A stretch of 64,000 bases of DNA, taken from Phenylobacterium sp. (lineage in GTDB: Bacteria; Pseudomonadota; Alphaproteobacteria; Caulobacterales; Caulobacteraceae). Below are positions 1 through 9,022 of this stretch, piece by piece; position 1 is the first letter of the stretch, and every line of letters begins with the position of its first letter. Below the pieces are notes generated by a model. The model saw nothing but the letters and a program-made list of their open reading frames with translations, did not search any database and was not told the origin of the DNA. Location of the stretch: positions 1,199,111 through 1,263,110 of the forward strand of contig NZ_OZ260078.1 in assembly GCF_965284355.1 (NCBI RefSeq), written 5' to 3'. Made by a program: the position numbers and the translations under genes.

Positions 1-36
1 TCTGTTCGATCATGGGATCTGCTCGATCATGGGGGC

Positions 37-849
37 TCAAACCAGCGCGGAGGGCTTGATCCCCAATTCTTGCAGCATCGGCGCGGCGTGGTCGATGCGG
101 CCCGTCATGGTTTTGGGGTCGCCGACAGAGAGCTGGTAGACGGCCTCGGCGATGTACTCGATGGGCGTGACCCGGTCCTTGGTGGCCTCGGTGATCAGGC
201 CGTGGACGGCGACCCCGGGGGTGTCGACCAGCCCGGGCGAGATCACGTTGACGGCGACGTTGTCGTCGTAGACCTCGGAGGCCAGGCCCGTGGAGAAGCG
301 CTCTAGCGCGGCCTTGCACATGCCGTAGATCGTGCCGCCGCCGCGCCGGTTGTAGGGCTGCTGCGGATGGATGGCGGCGCCGGACGAGATGTTGGTGATC
401 CAGCCCTGTTTGCGCTCGCGCATCGACGGCAGGACCAGCTGGGTCAGGTGGAGCGGCGCCCACACCTGGACCTCGAACATCAGGTCGAAGCGCTTCTTGG
501 GGAAGGTCTCCACCGGGATGAAGAAGGTGACCGCGGCGTCGTTGACCAGGATGTCGACGGGTCCGTAGGCGGCGACCGTCTCCTCGACCAGGCGGATGCG
601 GTCGGCCTCGATCGAGAGGTCGGCCTTGACCGCCGTCGCCTCGCCGCCGGCCGCCCGGATTCGCTCGACCGTCGCGGCCAGCGTGCCCGGAAGCTTGCTC
701 TCGCCGGTGTCGGCAGTGCGGGCCGAGGCCACGACCTTGGCGCCCTCCATGGCCAGGCGCACGGCGATGGCCTCGCCGATGCCGCGGCTGGCGCCCGTGA
801 CCAGCGCCACCTTGCCCTTCAGAGTTCCGTTCGGATTCACCCCGGCCAT
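37..849 (-). CDS. SDR-family short-chain dehydrogenase/reductase
   Basis: 270-aa ORF with Rossmann motif VTGASRGIGEAI, NDAA and YxxxK (YGMCK). GGGAGGA Shine-Dalgarno lies just upstream of the ATG at 849. Confidence 0.85.
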   Translation of the reverse strand: MAGVNPNGTLKGKVALVTGASRGIGEAIAVRLAMEGAKVVASARTADTGESKLPGTLAATVERIRAAGGEATAVKADLSIEADRIRLVEETVAAYGPVDILVNDAAVTFFIPVETFPKKRFDLMFEVQVWAPLHLTQLVLPSMRERKQGWITNISSGAAIHPQQPYNRRGGGTIYGMCKAALERFSTGLASEVYDDNVAVNVISPGLVDTPGVAVHGLITEATKDRVTPIEYIAEAVYQLSVGDPKTMTGRIDHAAPMLQELGIKPSALV

Positions 850-925
850 CGTCGTCCTCCCATACCGCGTTTTCTGATTGGCGGCAGGGTCGCGCGGCTG
901 ACGCGCGGGCGCAAGGGGTCGGCGC

Positions 926-1162
926 TCAGTCCTGTTCGCGGACGGTGAGGCGGCCGACCGTCAGTTCATCCACGTCCAGGCGGCGCTGATGGACCCGGCG
1001 CACCGTCAGCCGACCGATCGCGAGGCGACCGATGGCCAGCGCGCCGACGGCGATGGCGCCGAACGCCAGCGCGCCCAGCAGGGCCGAGCCCAGGGCCGCG
1101 GTTCCCACTGCGGTGGCGCCGGTGGCCGAGGCCGGGACGGCTGACGACTTGGGTTCCGACAT
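926..1162 (-). CDS. Small hydrophobic protein of unknown function, coupled to the end of cckA
   Basis: 78-aa ORF with GC-rich third codon positions. Its ATG directly abuts the cckA stop (TAGATG at 1160-1165). It has an Ala/Gly-rich hydrophobic segment and repeated IGRL/VGRLTV motifs. Confidence 0.5.
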   Translation of the reverse strand: MSEPKSSAVPASATGATAVGTAALGSALLGALAFGAIAVGALAIGRLAIGRLTVRRVHQRRLDVDELTVGRLTVREQD

Positions 1163-3280
1163 CTAGGCGGCCTTCTGCAGTTCCAGCTTCACCCGCTCGG
1201 CCAGGGTCTTGATGTCGATGGGCTTGGGCAGGAACGAGACGTTCTTCTCACCCTCCAGCAGGTCGGAGAACTCGCTCTCGGCATAGCCGGAGATGAACAT
1301 CACCGGCGCCGCACCCAGGTACTGGCGGGCCTGCTTCAACAGGTCGGGGCCCTGCATGCCGGGCATGACCACGTCCGAGATCATCAGGTCGATCTCGCCG
1401 GCATGAGTCTCGGCGTATTCCAGGGCCTCTTCTCCGCTGGCCGCCTCGATCACCTCGTAGCCACGAGCGCGCAGCAGCTTGGCGGCGACGCCGCGCACGG
1501 CGTCCTCGTCCTCGACGAACAGGATCCGGCCGGCGCCCGACAGGTCGCGGGCGGCGGGGCGCTTGGGCGTGACCGGCTCGGCCGCCGGAGCCGCGGCCTC
1601 CTGGGCGGGCGCCACGTGGACCGGCAGGAAGATGCGGAAGGCGGCGCCCTGCCCCGGCTTGGAGTCGACGGCGATCCAGCCGTCCGACTGCTTGACGATG
1701 CCGTAGACGGTGGCCAGCCCCAGGCCCGTCCCCTCGCCCACCGCCTTGGTGGTGAAGAAGGGCTCGAAGATCTTTTCCTTCACGTCCGGCGGGATGCCGG
1801 GGCCGTCGTCGCTGACGTCGATCAGCGCGTGGTCGCCCTGGGCCGTCGGATAGCCCAGGCTGCGGGCCTCTTCCTGGGTGACCCGGGCGGTGCGGATGTT
1901 GATCACGCCGCCGCCGTGCGTGCGGATCGCGTCGCGGGCGTTGACCACCAGGTTCATCACAGCGGTGTCCAGCTGCCCGCGGTCGGCGCGGACGTGCGGC
2001 AGGTTGCGGCCATAGTCGGTGACCAGCTTGATGTCCTCGTGCAGCAGGCGGCGGAGCAGCACCTCGGACTCCGAGATCATCTCGCCCACGTCCAGAATCT
2101 CGCGCTGGACCGTCTGCTTGCGCGAGAACGCCAGCAGCTTGCGCACCAGGTCGGCGGCCCGCATCGACGTCTGCTTGATCTCGTTCAGGCCCTCGTAGCT
2201 GGGGTCGCCCACCGGGTGGCGGGTGGACAGCACGTCCAGCTGCATGAGGATGGCGGTCAGCAGGTTGTTGAAGTCGTGGGCGACACCCCCGGCCAGCTGG
2301 CCGATGGCCTGCATCTTCTGGCTCTGGGACAGCTGCAGCTCGACCTGCTTCTGCTCGGAGACATCGACCAGGTAGGCCACCCAGCGGTCGCCGGCCTGGG
2401 TCAGGTAGAGGTGGGCGATGCGGGCCGGGTCATGGGCCAGGCGCACCTCGAGCGGGGCGTGGCCGTCGCGGTGATCGGCCAGCCGCAGGCCGGCGTCGAG
2501 GCGGCTGGCGGGCTCGATAAGCGCGCCGAACACCTGTCCCGCCTCCCCCCCCTTGGCGAGGGCGGCCAGCGCGGGGTTGGCCTCGATGATGCGCGCCTCG
2601 AAGGGGTCGTCGCCCTCCAGCAGCGCCGCGCCGAACGGCGAGGCCGCAGCGAACGCGTCCAGCACCTTGGGCGGCGGGGCCTTGGCGGTGGCCACGGCGT
2701 TCAGCACTTCCAGGGCCGACGAAGGCAAGGCCAGAGGACCGCCGCCGCGGCCGGCCAGCCGCACCAGGAAGCGGCGGGGACCGATGGGCGATACCATGGC
2801 CTCGCGCTCCTGGCCGCCGGCCTTGATGGGCGCGCGGCCCAGTTCGCCGCGGCGGGCGGCGGCCAGCGCGCCGAACAGGCTGGAGGCGGCCGCGCCGCTC
2901 TTGGGTAGGCGCGGGTGCGGGCCCATCGTCTCGCGCCACGCGGCGTTGGTGGTGAGCAGCCGCCCGTCGGGGGCGACCACGGCGGCGGGCTCTTCCAGCG
3001 CGGCCAGGAACGCCTCGGCGCCGGCCTCGGCCTCCTGCGGCGCCTCGGGCGAGCCGCGCAGCACGAACAGGCCGATGCAGGCGACGCCGGCCAGCCCGAT
3101 CAGCAGCAGCGAGCTGCCCAGCGCTTCCAACGGCGCATTCAGCAGCGGCGCGCCCGCAAAAATCACGGCCAACAGGAAAAACAGCACCGCGAACGCGGTG
3201 AAGACGTCGGCCTTACGGGTCTTGGTCGGCGGCTCGGCCATGTGAGGGCTCAGCGCTTCCGGCGATTCGATGCTCTGCAT
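1163..3280 (-). CDS. cckA: Hybrid sensor histidine kinase/response regulator, probable cell-cycle kinase CckA
   Basis: 705 aa with two N-terminal TM segments, a PAS-like region, H-box [14 protein letters not shown], an HATPase region ([13 protein letters not shown]) and a C-terminal receiver (ILFVEDE...[11 protein letters not shown]). It lies directly downstream of fliQ-fliR-flhB, as I recall for C. crescentus cckA. Confidence 0.65.
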   Translation of the reverse strand: MQSIESPEALSPHMAEPPTKTRKADVFTAFAVLFFLLAVIFAGAPLLNAPLEALGSSLLLIGLAGVACIGLFVLRGSPEAPQEAEAGAEAFLAALEEPAAVVAPDGRLLTTNAAWRETMGPHPRLPKSGAAASSLFGALAAARRGELGRAPIKAGGQEREAMVSPIGPRRFLVRLAGRGGGPLALPSSALEVLNAVATAKAPPPKVLDAFAAASPFGAALLEGDDPFEARIIEANPALAALAKGGEAGQVFGALIEPASRLDAGLRLADHRDGHAPLEVRLAHDPARIAHLYLTQAGDRWVAYLVDVSEQKQVELQLSQSQKMQAIGQLAGGVAHDFNNLLTAILMQLDVLSTRHPVGDPSYEGLNEIKQTSMRAADLVRKLLAFSRKQTVQREILDVGEMISESEVLLRRLLHEDIKLVTDYGRNLPHVRADRGQLDTAVMNLVVNARDAIRTHGGGVINIRTARVTQEEARSLGYPTAQGDHALIDVSDDGPGIPPDVKEKIFEPFFTTKAVGEGTGLGLATVYGIVKQSDGWIAVDSKPGQGAAFRIFLPVHVAPAQEAAAPAAEPVTPKRPAARDLSGAGRILFVEDEDAVRGVAAKLLRARGYEVIEAASGEEALEYAETHAGEIDLMISDVVMPGMQGPDLLKQARQYLGAAPVMFISGYAESEFSDLLEGEKNVSFLPKPIDIKTLAERVKLELQKAA

Positions 3281-3304
3281 TCTGTCACAAGGCCAACAAC
3301 TTAG

Positions 3305-3330
3305 TGAAAAATGGCCGCCGGCGACGGCCG
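3305..3330 (-). terminator. Possible intrinsic terminator after flhB
   Basis: On the minus strand a GC-rich stem (GGCCG..CGGCC) is followed by ATTTTTC, between the flhB stop and the cckA start. Confidence 0.35.
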
Positions 3331-3335
3331 ACGAT

Positions 3336-4424
3336 CTAGAGAGGCCTTGCCGCCGGGCGGCGACGCTGGGCCGAATTCAGGATGAAGCCGATGATCTTGG
3401 CGACGGCTTCATAGTGGGCCGCGGGGATCATCTCGTCGATCTCCACCGAAGCGTAGAGCGCCCGCGCCAGCGGCGGATCCTCGATGACGGGCACGCCGGC
3501 CTCCTCGGCTACGCCGCGGATCTTGAGGGCGAGGGAGTCCAGCCCCTTGGCGACGCAGGTGGGCGCAGCGCTCTCGCCCTGCTCGTACTTCAGCGCCACG
3601 GCGTAGTGGGTCGGGTTCATGATCACGACCGTGGCGCCCGGCACGGCCTGCATCATCCGCTGGCGGGCGCGGGTGTAGCGGATCTGCTTCTGGCGCGCCT
3701 TCACGTGAGGGTCGCCTTCGCTGTTCTTGTAGTCTTCCTTGACCTCTTCCTTGGTCATCCGCTGGCGGACCATGAAGCGCTGGCGCTGCCACAGGTAGTC
3801 GCCGGCGGCCACGACCAGGGTGAGCGCCAGGACCGCGATGACCAGCCTGCGGATGATCTCCAGGCACAGCGGCAGGATGGCCGACGGGTCCAGGGCCGCC
3901 AGCGAGGCGAACTGCGGCATGTAGGGCTCGAGCACCCACCAGACGAGCAGGCCGATGACGATGACCTTCACCGTCGACTTGGCGAACTGCATCAGACTGT
4001 CGGGACCGAACAGCCGCTCGAAGCCCTTGCCCAGCGAGACCTTGGAGAAGTCGGGCTTCACCTTGTCGGGTGTGAAATGCAGGCCCGTCTGGATCAGGTT
4101 GGCGCCGGCGCCGGCGATGGCGGCGGCCGCCATCACCGCGACCAGGATCGGCGCGCTGGCCATCATCGCGTAGCGGAAGATCTCGACGCCGCCGTTCCCA
4201 TGCAGCGACATGGCGTCGGGCCGGGCGATGAAGGGGAGCAGCTGGGCGGCCATGTTGCGCGACAGCCAGCCGCCGGCCAGCAGCACCACGCCCGACACCG
4301 CCGCCAGGGTGGCGAAGTGCGCCAGGTCCATGGTCTTGGGGATGTCGCCCTTTTCCCGAGCCTTCTCGAGTTTCTGGGGTGTCGCCTCTTCTGTCTTTGA
4401 GTCTTTTTCTGGAGCTTCGCTCAT
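3336..4424 (-). CDS. flhB: Flagellar type III export protein FlhB
   Basis: 362 aa. N-terminus EEATPQKLEKAREKGDIPKT, the NPTH autocleavage motif (VIMNPTHYAVAL) and four TM segments are present. ATGA overlap with the fliR stop. Confidence 0.92.
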   Translation of the reverse strand: MSEAPEKDSKTEEATPQKLEKAREKGDIPKTMDLAHFATLAAVSGVVLLAGGWLSRNMAAQLLPFIARPDAMSLHGNGGVEIFRYAMMASAPILVAVMAAAAIAGAGANLIQTGLHFTPDKVKPDFSKVSLGKGFERLFGPDSLMQFAKSTVKVIVIGLLVWWVLEPYMPQFASLAALDPSAILPLCLEIIRRLVIAVLALTLVVAAGDYLWQRQRFMVRQRMTKEEVKEDYKNSEGDPHVKARQKQIRYTRARQRMMQAVPGATVVIMNPTHYAVALKYEQGESAAPTCVAKGLDSLALKIRGVAEEAGVPVIEDPPLARALYASVEIDEMIPAAHYEAVAKIIGFILNSAQRRRPAARPL

Positions 4425-5182
4425 GTGCCGAGGAACGTCCCCAGCAGGCCGCGGTACCGGTCGATCCAGATGATGCCGATCGCGCCCAGGCTAAGGGCGA
4501 AGACCGAGAGGCCCAGAAGGACGATCAGCGGGGTGACGGCGAAGAACACCTGAAACTGCGGCATCACGCGGCCGACGAGACCGGCGGCGACGTTGAAGAC
4601 CAGCGAGAAAACGATCACGGGCGCCGAGAGTTGGAGCCCGAGCGCGAACGAGCTTCCGAGGGTCTGGACGGCGAGTTGCCCGGCGTCGGCGACCGGAATG
4701 TCGCGGCCGAACGGGAACAGGTCGAACGACTTGACGATGGCGGCGATGAACAGGTGGTCCAGGTCGGTGGCGAAGATCAGCACGATGCCGATGAGGCCCA
4801 GGAACGTGCCGAGCGTGGTGGACGGCGCGGCCTGCATCGGGTTGGCCGTCTGGGCGAACGACAGGGTGGTCTGAAGCGACACGATCTCGCCCGCGGTGGC
4901 CAGCGAGGTCATGAAGAGGCGCAGGATCGACCCGATCAGCAGACCGATGATGACCTCCCGGATCACCGCCAGCCCGAAGTCGCCGGCGCTGGTCGCCAGC
5001 ACAGGCACCTTGGCCGCCAGCAGGGGGAACAGCAGCAGCGACAGGGCCAGCGCGAACGACAGGCGGATACGCGCCGGAATGAACGTCTCGCCCAGGCCGG
5101 GCATGAGCATGACGATGGCGCCCAGCCGCGCGAAGATGAGGCCGGCGGCGTAGACCTGTTGGGCCGTGGCGTAGGATTCCAC
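4421..5182 (-). CDS. fliR: Flagellar export apparatus protein FliR
   Basis: 253-aa polytopic membrane protein lying between fliQ and flhB. Confidence 0.9.
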   Translation of the reverse strand: MESYATAQQVYAAGLIFARLGAIVMLMPGLGETFIPARIRLSFALALSLLLFPLLAAKVPVLATSAGDFGLAVIREVIIGLLIGSILRLFMTSLATAGEIVSLQTTLSFAQTANPMQAAPSTTLGTFLGLIGIVLIFATDLDHLFIAAIVKSFDLFPFGRDIPVADAGQLAVQTLGSSFALGLQLSAPVIVFSLVFNVAAGLVGRVMPQFQVFFAVTPLIVLLGLSVFALSLGAIGIIWIDRYRGLLGTFLGT

Positions 5183-5196
5183 TGCGCCCTGCCCGC

Positions 5197-5460
5197 CTAC
5201 ATGCCCGCGATGCGGGCCGCGATGTTGCGCATGAAGCCGCTCATCAGGGCGCCCATCAGCGGCAGGAAGACCAGCAGCGAGACGAAGATGGCCACGATCT
5301 TGGGGGCATAGACCAGGGTCTGCTCCTGGATCTGGGTCAGGGCCTGCAGCAGGCCGATGCCAACGCCCACGATCAGGCCCACCAGCAGCACCGGCGCGCA
5401 GAGCTGAATGGTCAGCCAGATGGCGTCTCGCCCGACGTCCAGAACCTCGGCGCCGCTCAT
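5197..5460 (-). CDS. fliQ: Flagellar export apparatus protein FliQ
   Basis: Conserved core LLQALTQIQEQTLVYAPKI. I place the start at the internal MSGAEVLDV (ATG 5460, GAGG Shine-Dalgarno upstream). The longer ORF start at 5526 lies inside a TTAACCAT promoter motif. Confidence 0.88.
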   Translation of the reverse strand: MSGAEVLDVGRDAIWLTIQLCAPVLLVGLIVGVGIGLLQALTQIQEQTLVYAPKIVAIFVSLLVFLPLMGALMSGFMRNIAARIAGM

Positions 5461-5524
5461 CGAAAACCTCATGCGGAAGACAGGGCCCGACGGTCGCCCC
5501 GCCGGCCGCCCAATCTCGCCGGTC

Positions 5525-5557
5525 ATGGTTAACGAAAGGCTAGAGAGGGTTAACCAT
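5525..5557. promoter_or_regulatory. Inverted pair of TTAACCAT (CtrA-type 8-mer) motifs upstream of fliQ
   Basis: ATGGTTAAC-N15-GTTAACCAT, located 65-97 nt upstream of the proposed fliQ ATG. Confidence 0.4.
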
Positions 5558-5696
5558 CCTTCCCCTTCACGAGGAGGGTGGCGCGCGCAGCGAGACGGGG
5601 GGAGAGGCGATCTTCCCCAACGCTCGTGGCCCGACCTCTACGCCCTCACCCGGATCGCCTCCGGCGATCTGTCGCGCCCCATCAAGGGAGGGAAAG
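5558..5696. repeat. REP-like structured intergenic element, family A: inverted pair of roughly 50-bp modules
   Basis: The right module (5643-5696) aligns with the modules at 23677-23727 and 23771-23822 and contains the hairpin GATCGCC-tcc-GGCGATC. The left module (5558-5607) is a diverged copy. The element overlaps the last codons and stop of the ABC permease gene. Confidence 0.6.
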
Positions 5697-7223
5697 CGCC
5701 CGCGCCGCCTCGGCCGGGGTCACCTTCCCCGTGTCGCGGTCGACGCTGTAGTTGGCCGCGCGCATCGCCTCGACGGAGACGGCGCCGACCAAGGGCTGCA
5801 GGGCGTCCAGCAGTCGCCGGTCCTGGGCCCGCTTCGGCGAAACAAGAATGACCGCGTCGTACGGGGGGATGGCGCCTCGGGGATCGCTCAGAACCACCAG
5901 CTTGTCGGCGGCGATGCGGCCGTCGGACGAGAAGGCGCTGATGACGTCAGCCTCGCCCGAGCCCAGGGCCCGGTACATGAAGGTCGGCTGGAACGATCGC
6001 TCGGCCTTGAAGGTCAGGTCGTAGGCCGCATCGACCGCCTTCCACTCCGGCCGCGACAGGAACTCGACGTCCGTCCCCAGGGTGAGGTTGCGCGCCTCGC
6101 GGGCCAGGTCGTCCAGGGAAGTCACGCCCAGAGCCTTGGCGCGGTCGGCGCGCATGGCGAAGGCGTAGGCATTCTCGAAGCCCAGCGAGCCCAGGACGAC
6201 CACGCCGTCACGCTTTTTCAGCTCGGCGGTCAGTCCGGCCAGGATGGCGGCGCGGCCGGGGTTGTCCGTCCGGCCCAGCACGCTGGTCCAAAGTGTGCCG
6301 GTGTAGTCGACGTAGACGTCGATCTCGCCGGCGGACAGGGCGCGGTAGGCGACACTGGAGCCCAGGTTCTCCTTGCGCTCGACCTGGGCGCCGGTGCGTT
6401 CCAGGCGCTCGGCCATCAGGGCCGCCAGGATGTACTGCTCGGAGAAGTTCTTGGCGCCGACCACATAGGCCGCCGGCCGACCGAAGCTGGCCAGCGGAAG
6501 CATGGCCGCCGCCGCGCCGACCAGCAGCGCGGCCAAACCGGCCAGGACGAGGCTGCGGCGCCGGGTGCGCAGGCCCGTCTCGACGAGCCCCAGCAACTGG
6601 TCGGTCGTCATGGCCAGGATCGCCGCCGCGGCGCAACCGAACAGCACCGAGACCCAGTTCTCGGTCTGCAGGCCCGCGAAGATGTAGTTGCCCAGGCTGG
6701 TCTGGCCGACGGGGGTGGAGAGCGTGGCGGCGCCGATGGTCCAGACGGCGGCGGTGCGCACGCCGGCCATGATCACCGGCGCGGCCAGGGGCAGCTCGAC
6801 CTGGATCAGCTTCTGGCGGCCGGTCATGCCCACGCCGTCGGCGGCCTCCGAGATCGCGGGATCGACGCCCGTGATGCCGGTCACTCCGTTCCGCAGGATG
6901 GGCAGGATCGAATAGAGCGTCAGCGCCAGCAGCGACGGCAGGAAGCCCAGGGCCGAGAACCCACGCCCCAGCACCGCCTCCGACACGGCCGAGAGCGCGA
7001 GCAGGAGCGGATAGAACAGCGCCAGCAGGGCCAGGCTGGGGATCGTCTGGATCAGGCTGGCCAGCGCCAGAACGGGCCAGCGCAGGCGCGGACTGCGGCT
7101 GGCCGCCACCGCCAGCGGCAGGCTGATCGCCAGCCCCAGGGCCAGCGCGCTGACGCTGAGCAGGACGTGCCAGCCCAGGTACTCGGGCAGCAGTTCGAAG
7201 GCGGCGGCCAGTTGCGGGCTCAT
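5682..7223 (-). CDS. ABC transporter fused permease/substrate-binding protein (osmoprotectant/glycine-betaine-choline type)
   Basis: 513 aa with an N-terminal polytopic permease half and a C-terminal periplasmic-binding-like half. ATGA overlap with the upstream ATPase gene. Confidence 0.8.
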   Translation of the reverse strand: MSPQLAAAFELLPEYLGWHVLLSVSALALGLAISLPLAVAASRSPRLRWPVLALASLIQTIPSLALLALFYPLLLALSAVSEAVLGRGFSALGFLPSLLALTLYSILPILRNGVTGITGVDPAISEAADGVGMTGRQKLIQVELPLAAPVIMAGVRTAAVWTIGAATLSTPVGQTSLGNYIFAGLQTENWVSVLFGCAAAAILAMTTDQLLGLVETGLRTRRRSLVLAGLAALLVGAAAAMLPLASFGRPAAYVVGAKNFSEQYILAALMAERLERTGAQVERKENLGSSVAYRALSAGEIDVYVDYTGTLWTSVLGRTDNPGRAAILAGLTAELKKRDGVVVLGSLGFENAYAFAMRADRAKALGVTSLDDLAREARNLTLGTDVEFLSRPEWKAVDAAYDLTFKAERSFQPTFMYRALGSGEADVISAFSSDGRIAADKLVVLSDPRGAIPPYDAVILVSPKRAQDRRLLDALQPLVGAVSVEAMRAANYSVDRDTGKVTPAEAARALSLP

Positions 7224-7987
7224 GCGCCCAGCCTCTCGCGCAGCCGCTCGGCCTGGCGCTTGGGCGCTTCCAGCAGGGCCAGCACGTGGGGGTCTTTGGA
7301 TGTCGCCAGCAGCTCGGCCGGCGCGCCGTCGGCCAGGATGCGCCCGCCCGCCAGCACCACGATGCGGTCGGCCAGCAGCACCGCCTCGGCCATGTCATGA
7401 GTGACCATCAGCGTCGTCAGGCCCAGGCGTTCATGCAGGGCGCGGTAGTCGGCGCCCAGGGCGTCGCGGGTGACCGGGTCCAGGGCGCCGAAGGGCTCGT
7501 CCATCAGCATCAGGCGGGGCTCGGCGGCGAGCGCCCGGGCCACGCCCACGCGCTGGCGCTGGCCGCCCGAGAGCGCGGCCGGCGCGCGCCTGGCCACCTC
7601 CGCCGGCAGTGCGACGAGCTCCAGCAGCTCGGCCACGCGGGCGGTCATTCTGGACGCGTCCCAGCCCAACAGCCTGGGCGTGATGGCAATGTTCTCGGCG
7701 ACCGTCAGGTGCGGGAACAGGCCCACCTCCTGAAAGACGTATCCGATGCGCCGGCGCAGCAGATGAGGCTCGGCCGCGGCCACGTCTTCTCCGGCCACGC
7801 TGACCCGCCCCGCGTCGGGGGCGATGAGGCCGTTGACGGTCTTGAGCAGCGTGGTCTTGCCAGAACCCGACCCGCCCACCAGCGCCACGAACTGTCCGGC
7901 CGCGACCGCGAGATCGACGCCATCGAGGGCGGCGTGGGCGCCGTAGCGCTTGGACACGCCTGTGAGTTCGATCAGCGGATCGGTCAT
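7220..7987 (-). CDS. ABC transporter ATP-binding protein
   Basis: Walker A GGSGSGKTT, signature LSGGQRQR and Walker B LMLMDEP. Start chosen at MTDPLIELTGV (ATG 7987). Confidence 0.88.
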   Translation of the reverse strand: MTDPLIELTGVSKRYGAHAALDGVDLAVAAGQFVALVGGSGSGKTTLLKTVNGLIAPDAGRVSVAGEDVAAAEPHLLRRRIGYVFQEVGLFPHLTVAENIAITPRLLGWDASRMTARVAELLELVALPAEVARRAPAALSGGQRQRVGVARALAAEPRLMLMDEPFGALDPVTRDALGADYRALHERLGLTTLMVTHDMAEAVLLADRIVVLAGGRILADGAPAELLATSKDPHVLALLEAPKRQAERLRERLGA

Positions 7988-8065
7988 ACCCACGCGTAGC
8001 ATTCCCTCCGGGCTTGGGGGAGCCATCGCGCGCCGCTACACGTTGCAGATCGGTTCGAAACGGAG

Positions 8066-8569
8066 TTGTCCCCCATGCGCCGCCCCCTCGCCCTCGCCGC
8101 CGTCCTGGCGCTGACCGCTTCCGCCGCCCTGGCTGACCCCGTGACGGTCGAGCTGAAGACGGGCGCGGGCGCCAGCGCCGGCAAGGCCACCCTGACCGAA
8201 GCCCCCAAGGGCGTACTGCTGAAGGTGGAGGCCAAGGGCCTGGCGCCCGGCTGGCACGGCCTGCACTTCCACGAGAAGGCCGACTGCTCGAAGGCCGACT
8301 TCACCTCGGCGGGCGCCCACACCCACGGCAGCGAAAAGGCCGTCCACGGCCTGCTGAACGCCGCGGCCAACGAGACCGGCGACCTGCCGAATATCTATGC
8401 GGGCGCGGATGGCGCCGGGAACGCTGAGGTGTTCACCAGCCTGACCACCCTGAAGGCGTTGAAGGACGCCGACGGCTCGGCCCTGGTCATCCACGCCAAC
8501 CCCGACGATCACATGGCTCAGCCGATCGGCGGCGCGGGTCCTCGAGTGGCCTGCGGCGAGATCAAGTGA
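8066..8569 (+). CDS. sodC: Periplasmic Cu/Zn superoxide dismutase
   Basis: Signal peptide followed by metal-ligand motifs GLHFHEKADC and GGAGPRVACGEI. Confidence 0.9.
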   Translation: MSPMRRPLALAAVLALTASAALADPVTVELKTGAGASAGKATLTEAPKGVLLKVEAKGLAPGWHGLHFHEKADCSKADFTSAGAHTHGSEKAVHGLLNAAANETGDLPNIYAGADGAGNAEVFTSLTTLKALKDADGSALVIHANPDDHMAQPIGGAGPRVACGEIK

Positions 8570-8570
8570 C

Positions 8571-8675
8571 CGCGAAGCGAGTCATCCCGGCAAAGGCCGG
8601 GATCCAGGGGCCGCACGGAATGGAAGCTGGAGCTCGGTCTGGATCCCCGCCTGCGCGGGGATGAGTCGCTTCGCG
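8571..8675. repeat. REP-like structured element, family B: outer stem plus two internal 8-bp hairpins
   Basis: The outer arms are CGCGAAGCGA and TCGCTTCGCG. The internal hairpins are ATCCCGGC-aaag-GCCGGGAT and ATCCCCGC-ctgc-GCGGGGAT. It fills the whole convergent sodC/fliE gap. Confidence 0.65.
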
Positions 8676-8676
8676 C

Positions 8677-9012
8677 TCAGATCGGCATCCGCATGATTTC
8701 CTGGTACGCCGAGATCACCTGATCGCGGACGGCGATGACCGTCTCCAGGCTGGCCTCGGCGGCCGAGATGGCGGTGACCACGTCGACCAGTTCGGTGCGG
8801 CCCGCCACCTGGGCGGCCATCTGGTGTTCGGCGTGCTTGGACGCGGCCATCGCATCGGTCATCGCCGACTTGAGAATGGCCCCGAACCCGCCCGGCGGCC
8901 CGGCGGCCGGCGCCGAGAGCGACGGCATGCCGTCCGCGTCTCCCGGGCCTCCCACGCCGATGCCTTTCTGGGCGGAGGCATATGCCTTGGCGGCGGCGAG
9001 CGGGGTGATCAT
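8677..9012 (-). CDS. fliE: Flagellar hook-basal body complex protein FliE
   Basis: 111 aa with conserved C-terminus [17 protein letters not shown], downstream of flgB-flgC. Confidence 0.88.
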   Translation of the reverse strand: MITPLAAAKAYASAQKGIGVGGPGDADGMPSLSAPAAGPPGGFGAILKSAMTDAMAASKHAEHQMAAQVAGRTELVDVVTAISAAEASLETVIAVRDQVISAYQEIMRMPI

Positions 9013-9022
9013 CGGCTAGCCC

